A stretch of 64,000 nucleotides of DNA, from the NCBI RefSeq assembly GCF_009914755.1, contig NC_060947.1. One strand, 5' to 3'. The notes under the pieces are model-generated. The model worked only from the letters and a program-made list of their open reading frames with translations, was not told the DNA's origin and ran no database searches. Shown here piece by piece: positions 51,420 to 64,000 of the stretch (its first letter is position 1; each line of letters begins with the position of its first letter). The translations under genes and the position numbers were made by a program. This DNA comes from the human T2T-CHM13v2.0 reference genome, Homo sapiens.

Positions 51420-53400
51420 TTTTGACCTGATGATCAGCATCAGCCCACACAGTCAACCACTTCCTTCTCAAAACACTTACTTCCCTGGGCTTTTCTATCA
51501 CCGAACTCCTAATTTTCCTCTGATTCACTTCCCATTTGTTCTGAGAGTCCTTTGTCATCATGACTTCCTTTGACTACTGAATGTTGGAATTCTTCAGAGC
51601 TAAGACCTGCTCCTCTTCTCTTCTGGCTTTGTATTTCTGCTCCAGGTGGTTTCTCCCATTGTCATGATTTTAAATACTATTTGGATGCAGATGCCTCTCA
51701 CATTTTGATCTCTAGTACGAACCTCTTCTTTAAAATCCAGGTTTACACACCCAGCTGCCTTACTTGACATCTCTACTAGAATGTTTCACAGGCATCTCAC
51801 ACTCAACAGGTCTACACAGAGCTCTTGACTTCCCCTTCCTACACCTGCCTCTCCAATCTTGCCTGTTTCAGCAAATGTTACCATGTTCCACGTGTGGCTC
51901 AATCCCAAATGGAGGAGTCACCTCCATTTCCCCTGCCTCTCACATCCAATCCATCACCAAGTCCTGCTTAGCCTATCCCATATTAGGCTTTGAATTGACC
52001 CATTTCTTTGTATCTCCATTGCTATCCCTTGGGCTACCTGACTATGACAACAGTCTCTAACTCTTGTCTCTTCTAATCAATTCTTTATATAATATCGATA
52101 ATCATCTTTTATAAAATAAATTATATTATGTGATAAAAATTCTTAAATATCTAGCTATTGACCTGATAAATGAATTATGGTATAAACATATGATGGAATA
52201 CTATACTCTTATAAAAACAAATGAAGCAGGCCGCCATGCACTGAAATTGAAAGATCTCCAAGATATATTATTAGATGAAAAAAAGTCAATATAGAAAGTA
52301 GCATATAATAGCAAAAGTAGTAACTTTTGGCATAAGAAATATAGATAAAAAATATCTATTTGTATCTCCATCATAACTCTAAAAGCCTTCATAATAAACT
52401 AATAAAATGGTTATTTGTGGATGGGTAAGGGAAATATGTGGTAGACAGGTAAAGGGGTGGGGGCAAGACATGTCACAGTAAACCTTTTTTATATTGTTTG
52501 GATTTTTGAACCATGTGGATGTATTTCCTATTCAAAAAATAAAACTAGAAATAGCTTCCCATTGCACATAGAATAAAACTAATTTTCCCTGCCATGGTCT
52601 ACAAGGCCTCTGCCCACCCACCCCCACTTCCCTACCATTCCTTTCACTCTCTCAGTGCTTCTCAGTTCAAATGATCCTCCTTAGTTAATCCTATACACCA
52701 TGCATTTTTCCATCTCAGTGCCTTTGTGCTTCCTTTTTTCTTTGCCTTGACTGCCATTTCTCCTGGTCTTCACATGGCTAACTCCATGAAATCTCTGTTA
52801 AAACATGACTTCAGGCCAGGCACAGTAGTTCATGCCTATAATCTAAGCACTTTGGGAGGCCGAGGCAGGAGGATCACTAGAACCTAGGACTTTAAAACCA
52901 GGCTGGTAAATATAGTGAGACCCCATCTCTAAACAATAAAAAATTGGTCAGGTGTGGTGATATGTGCCTGTAGTCCTAGCTGTTGGGGAAGCTGAGGCAG
53001 GAGGATCTCTTGATCCCAGGAGTTTGAGGCTTCAGTGAACCATAATCGCACCACTGCACTCCAGCCTGTGTGACAGAGTTAGACTCTATCCTCCCGACCA
53101 AGAAAAAAAAAAGGTCACATCAGAGATCTTGTCCCTGAGGTGACTTGGTAGGTTTGCTGCATCCTACCTTTTATTCATCTCAATCACGGTACCTTGGTCT
53201 CTTCCTTCCTAGCACGTGCCACCATTTTTCATTATTTTGTTTAAATAAATAATTTATTTGGTTGCTCATCATCTATATCTTTCACTAGACACCAAACTTC
53301 ATGAGGATGGGAACCACATATATCTTTTTCACTATTGTATAACCAGCTTCTGCCTTCTCTGCCTGATACATAGTAGGTAATCAGTAAATGTTAACTACAT
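51420..53400 (+). mobile_element. L2 LINE, interrupted by an L1ME 3' fragment (~52165-52545) and an AluJ
   Basis: catgattttaaatactat…gcagatgcctctcac, ctgccttacttgacatctctactagaatgt, cacatccaatccatcaccaagtcctg; ends gcctgatacatagtaggtaatcagtaaatgtt. Confidence 0.8.
52814..53112 (+). mobile_element. AluJ
   Basis: gaggcaggaggatcac…aggaggatctcttgatcccaggagtttgaggct(t)cagtga AluJ diagnostics; short A-tail. Confidence 0.9.
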
Positions 53401-53749
53401 GTGTAAATGCAGATGCATGTCATAAGCATTTAAGCCACATCACTGTAATTTTTTTAGAATATCTTTGTAATAATTGTGTAATATTCCATCCAGTGGCTAC
53501 ACAAGAGTTAATGCAGCCATTTTCATGTCGACATTTAGGTGGTTATCAAAAATGTATGAAAATATGCTTAACCTCAACATTGTCAATATTGCATATAGTC
53601 ATGTTTAATTTTTTATTTATGTGATAGTTTGAAAAGTGATACCTTTAAAAATTTTAATTTTTCTTTCTTTGATTACTGATACAGTATTACATGCTTTCCA
53701 TATGAACCACTTGGATTTCTTTTTTATGGATTGTCCTAAACATCTTTTG

Positions 53750-54450
53750 AATTATATCCTTCTCTTACTCCAATGCTAATGTCTTAAATCCAGGTCTTGT
53801 CATTTCTGGCCTAGATTGTTTAACAGCTTTCCTACTAGTCTTGTGATCTCTAGCCTCACTGCCTTCCTTTCAGGAGAATGTATCCTTTCTCCTAAAGCCA
53901 GAGTGTCTTTTTTTTTTCTAAAATGAATATTTGTTTATAGTATTTACAGTATTGCTTAGAACTCTTGATCCCATTGCCTAGAAGATAAAGACTAAGATCT
54001 GTCATGTTATACCCCACAATTATAGCTTCAACGGATCCAGCTAAAAGTCTTACCCCCATCCAACATCACATACTCATACTCAACCCCCTGCCACACACAC
54101 ACATCATGTTCATGTCTAGTTAATTACTCTCTCTGGAATACCCTTATATCCCATCTTTCATCCAGCTGGGAAACATCTGCTCATCTTTCAAGATTAGATC
54201 AAGGGTCAGTTCTTCTATGAAGACTGAGTCTCCCAGTCTTGGTAAAACTGACCACTATCTTCCTCATGTTACTCTTATACTTCAGATTTTTATCATAGCA
54301 ACTGTAATACTTGGTTGTGCTCCTTTTTTCATGTTCAATTCCTAATAGATTTTAACTACTTTAAGAGACCATTTCTTATAAACTTTACCTTCCCTAGTGC
54401 CTAGCACATTTCTTGAAATATATAGTCTATAGCCAGTGAATATGTGTTGA
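53750..54450 (+). mobile_element. Diverged L2 fragment
   Basis: ctgctcatctttcaagatt…cttctatgaagac; ccctagtgcctagcaca…tgaatatgtgttgaa. Confidence 0.55.
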
Positions 54451-54459
54451 AGGTATTTG

Positions 54460-55720
<1,261 letters not shown>

Positions 55721-55829
55721 TTCAGAAAACTTCTCTGGTATGACCGAAAATGACCATGCAACCCACTGATAAATCTAAACCAGAATATTGGGGCTGATAT
55801 TTTTTAGGCCACGTGGTCTGATGGCAATT

Positions 55830-56090
55830 GAGGCCATATAGTGTAGTGGTTATGTTCATAGGCTTTGGTGTCTAGATAGATGTGATTCTGAATCCTGGTT
55901 GTCACTTATTAACTATGTGACCTTGGGCAAATTATGTAAACTCTGTTTCAGCTGCTTCCTCTAGAGAACAGGGATACTAACAGTACCTCTCCTCATAGGG
56001 GTTTGGTAAGGAACTTGCAGGATAATGAAAGTGAAAGCTTAGCATAGTGCTTCAGACATAATAAGTGCTCAATAAATGTGAGCTAAGATG
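55830..56090 (+). mobile_element. MIR SINE, near full length
   Basis: atagtgtagtggtta…tgaatcctgg…cacttattaactatgtgaccttgggcaa…agtacctctcctcatagg…taagtgctcaataaatg. Confidence 0.85.
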
Positions 56091-56854
56091 GCAGTGCTGA
56101 TTAATGGTGACAACAGAGAAGAATTGGAAATAGAACTATCTTGAAAATTCTGATAGCCAAAAATCACAGGAAAATGAAAAGGAAAAATACCCAAAGGAAA
56201 GTGAAGATAAACAGGGAGAGGAAAGTTAGAAAAGAATAGGTGCTTGTGTTAGGGAGTTATAAGACTCTCTTTTCTGGTTTGAAGAATATGGAAAAAGGCT
56301 GTATCATTATAGGAAGTAGCAATAAGAACTACGCTAGGGAAACTACCAGAAGCCAAGGAGAGGGAAGGGGAAGCAATGACATGCCATAGATTTGATTCAT
56401 CATTTTATTAATCACAGCATATTTTGTTTGAGAATGTCAGTAGCATTCAACTAGAAGGACAGATCACTTTTTAAATGTGTACAAGCATGGAGTAGAGAAT
56501 GGGGAGAATGGAAGGGAAGGAGGCAGGGAAATAGAAGAGAGGTTGGTTCTTATATGTGAATGCTTACACAAATGTATACTTAATTATGCCATATGAACAG
56601 CAGAGTTTGAATTTTAATCTAGAGGTGTTTTGGCATGGTCAACTGCAAGGAGGAAACTTGATTTATTGTGTGTAACCTTGTTTGGGGAAAAATCAAATTA
56701 GCATCCTTAATTTAATCTGAAGTACAAACAGGAAGCTGAAGGCTGAGGAGCCCTGTAAAGAGAATATGGGAAAGTGTCATGTTGCCTAATGGTTCCTGTT
56801 CCAACTCCTTTCTATTCCCATTAATATCCCCAAGATGCCACTCAGTAATGATAT

Positions 56855-59128
56855 TGATATGGTTTGACTGTGTCCCCACCCAAATCTCATCTTGAATTGT
56901 AGCTCCCATATTCCCACATGTTGTAGGAGGGACCTGGTGGGAAATAATTGAATCATGGGGGTGGTTTCCCCCATACTGTTCTCATGGTAATGAATAAGTC
57001 TCACAAGATCTGATTGTTTCATAAGGGGAAACTGCTTTCACTTGGCTCTCATTCTGTCTGGTTTGTCACCATGTAAGACATGTTTTTCACCTTCCACCAG
57101 GGTTGCCAGGCCTCCCCAGCCACATAGAACTGTGAGTTCATTAAACCCCTTTTTCTTTATAAATTACCCAGTCTTGGGTATATCTTTATCAGCAGCATGA
57201 AAACAGACTAATACAGTAAATCGGTACCAGTAAAGTGGGACGATTCTGTAAAGATACCCAAAAATGTGAAAGCGACTTTGGAACTGGGTAACAGGCAGAA
57301 CTTGGAACAGTTTGGAGGGCTCAGAAGAAGACAGGAAAATACAGGAAAGTTTGGAACTTCCTAGAGACTTGTTGAATGACTTTTACCAAAATGCTGATAA
57401 TGATATGGACAATGAAATCCGGGTTGAGGTAGTCTCAGGTGGAGACGAGGAACTTCTTGGGAATTGGAGTTAGTTGCAAACATAGTAAAAGTGACTCTTG
57501 CTATGTTTTAGCAAACAGACTGGCAGCATTTTGCCCCACCCTAAAGATTTGTGGAACTTTTCACTTGAGGGAGATGACTTACAGTTTCTGGTGGAAGAAA
57601 TTTCTAAGCAGCTGAACATTCAAGATGTGACTCGGGTGCTGTTAAAAGCATTCAGTTTTAAAAGGGAAACAGCATTAAAGTTCAGAAAATTTGCAGCCTG
57701 TTGATGCGACAGAAAAGAAAAACCCATTTTCTGAGGAGAAATTCAAGTCAGCTGCATACATTTGCATAAGTAATGAGGAGTCAAATGTTAATCCCCAAGA
57801 CAATGGGAAAAATGTCTCCAGGGCATGCCAGAGACCTTTGTGGCAGCCCCTCCCATCACAGGCTGCTCCCCAGAGGCTTAGGAGGAAAAAATGGATTCAT
57901 GGACCAGGCCCAGGGCCCCACTGCTGCATGCAGCCTAAAGACTTGGTACCCTGCTTCCCAGCTACTCTAGCCATGGCTAAAAGGGGCCAAGGTACGGCTT
58001 GAGATCTTGCTTCAGAGGGTGCAAACCCCAAGACTTGGCAGTTTCCACTGTTGAGCCTGCAGGTGTGCAGAAGTCAAGAATTGAGGCTTATAAATCTCTA
58101 TCTAGATTTCAGAGGATGTATGGAAATGCATGGATGTCCAGGCAAAAGTTTGCTGCAGGGTGAGGGCCCTCATGCAGAACCTCTGCTAGGGTAGTGCAGA
58201 AGGGAATTGTGGGGTTGAAGCCCCCACACAGAGTCCCTACTGAGGCACTGCCTAGTTGAGTTATGAGAAGAGGGCCACCATCCTCCAGACTCCAGAATAG
58301 TAGATTCACCAACAGCTGGCACTGTGTGCCTGGAAAAGCTGCAAACACTCAATGCCAGCCCATGAAAGCAACCAAGAGGCGGGCTATAACCTGAAAAGCC
58401 ACAGGGGCAGAGCTGCCCAAGACCATGAGAACCCACCTCTTGCGTCAGTGTGAGCTGAATGTAAGACATGGAGTCAAAGGAGATCATTTTAGAGCTTTAA
58501 GATTTGATTGCCCTGCTGGATTTTGGACTTGCATGGGGCCTATATCCCCTTCATTTTGGCCAATTTCTCCCTTTTGGAATGGGTGTATTTAGCCAATGCC
58601 TGTACAGGCTCATAGGCAGAAGGGACTTGCCTTGTCTCAGATGAGACTTTGGGCTGTGGACTTTTGAGTTAATGCTGAAATGAGTAAAGACCTTGGGGGA
58701 CTGTTGAGAAGGCATGATTGGTTTTGAAATGTGAGGACATGAGATTTGGGAGGGTCCAGGGACAGAATGATATGGCTTGGCTGTGTCCCTACCCAAATCT
58801 CATCTTGAATTGTAGCTCTCACGATTTCCATGTGTTGTGGGAGGAACCCAGTAGGAAATAATTGAATCACGGGGGCAGTTCCCCCATACTATTCTCATGG
58901 TAGTGAATAAGTCTCATGAGATCTGATGGTTTTATAAGGGGAAACCCCTTTTGCTTGGCTCTCATTCTCTCTTGTCTGGTGCCAGGTAAGATGTGCCTTT
59001 CATCTTCTGCCATAATTATGAGGCCTCCCCAGCCATGTGGAACTGTGAGTCCATTAAACCTCTTTTTCTTTATAAATTACCCAGTCTCAGGTATGTCTTT
59101 ATCAGCAATGTGAAAACAGACTAATACA
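56855..59128 (+). mobile_element. Complete THE1 (THE1C-like) MaLR provirus: LTR 56855-57215, internal 57216-58767, LTR 58768-59128
   Basis: Two ~360-bp direct LTRs (tgatatgg…gactaataca), THE1-int between them, exact 5-bp TSD gatat. Confidence 0.95.
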
Positions 59129-59199
59129 GATATTTTTATTTACAAGGTCCATTATTAAATATAAGATATTCTAGATATTCTGGAGTATTATGGCATACT

Positions 59200-59380
59200 C
59201 TAACATTAGTGCCGTAAAAGCCCTTCAAGACCAACTAATCGAAGGGCTTCATTTGGCAGATAGCATCACTAAGGCCCATAGGAGGGAAATGACTCATGTA
59301 CAGTTGTGTGGTGAGCTGGTTGGCAGAGCTACAACTGACACTGAGATCTCCTGATTCACAGTGCCTTTCTTTTCACCATA
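59200..59380 (-). mobile_element. MIR fragment
   Basis: ttcatttggcagatag…actaaggccc…gaaatgactc…ttggcagagc…gatctcctgattc. Confidence 0.5.
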
Positions 59381-60139
59381 ACACAGATTCTGCCTATTTT
59401 TGGAAACCCCCTAGGATATCTGTCTCTTGGCATATACTCATCCTTTGCTCTGGGACCTTCTAGTGCATGTAGGATATGTTTTATAAAAACTTACCAATGT
59501 GATTTTCTTTCTGTGGGGGACTAGGGTGATGGGAACATAATACAGACCACATATGGAGAAGGAAAGAATATTTTCCAGAAGTTAAATTGTATTTGTATCT
59601 TTTTCCCTCTAGAGGTATTTCTGAAAAGATTTTTAAAAATTTAAACACTATCACTTCACAGCCTCAAAGGCTGGCCTATCTGGGCAAGGTGTTCGAGATA
59701 GGCTGTGCCAATTCTGCTTCCCTTCTAGGCATCCCATGGGAAAATGGCTTACATCTATAGAACACTAGTTTTCTTCAAAGTATGTAATAACAATGATAAT
59801 AACACTTATACAACCCTTTACAGCTTTCAAAATGCATACATACTATTTTAAAAAGCTATATTATGTTTCTGATTATACACACGTTCTTGCTCTTTAAAAA
59901 AATCAAAACTATAGAAACATACAATATAGACAGTATGTTCCATAATCTTACACCACTAGAGATAGTTATAGCTGTTAACCATTTAGCCTCTGTTTCCTGT
60001 AGACCATGTTCTTTACATGTGTAGATGTATAGTTTCTTGCTATTACAAAAGGGAGCCCCCAATATAAAGAATTTTGCACTTGATTTTTTTTCAACTCTCA
60101 ATGTGTCCTGGATAGCTTTCCATCCTGATCTCTGTGTCT

Positions 60140-64000
<3,861 letters not shown>

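Noticed and set aside
57111-57123. PRDM9 hotspot 13-mer in a THE1 LTR
   Set aside because: Sequence is CCTCCCCAGCCAC, lacking the T at position 7 of CCNCCNTNNCCNC; the other THE1 LTRs also fail to match

Overview
Primate, most likely human or great ape, genomic DNA. It is AT-rich and dominated by transposable-element relics. I find no protein-coding exon, RNA gene or CpG-island promoter that I can support. Every recognisable protein in the ORF track is a broken LINE-1 ORF1/ORF2 piece. Most other ORFs are read-throughs of Alu, MaLR or L1 sequence, or short chance frames. Main content: several L1s of different ages (one near-full-length ~7 kb L1PA15/16-like copy, one doubly internally deleted L1PA7-like copy, one twin-primed 5'-inverted copy, young L1PA copies at both window ends, and old L1MA/MC/ME relics); two complete THE1 (MaLR) proviruses; solo THE1B/MST/MLT1/MER11 LTRs; six Alus; L2 and MIR fragments; and MER2, MADE2 and MER96B DNA-transposon relics. 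Subfamily names come from recall of consensus sequences, not from an alignment, and boundaries of old repeats are approximate. I see no evidence of a new biological system. The most notable unexplained structures are a perfect 30-bp inverted repeat (49583-49656), two template-switch-like hairpins inside TEs, a tail-less internal L1 ORF2 fragment sitting in a MADE2 terminus, and a possible ancient RTE-type LINE remnant with an open frame (50475-50774).
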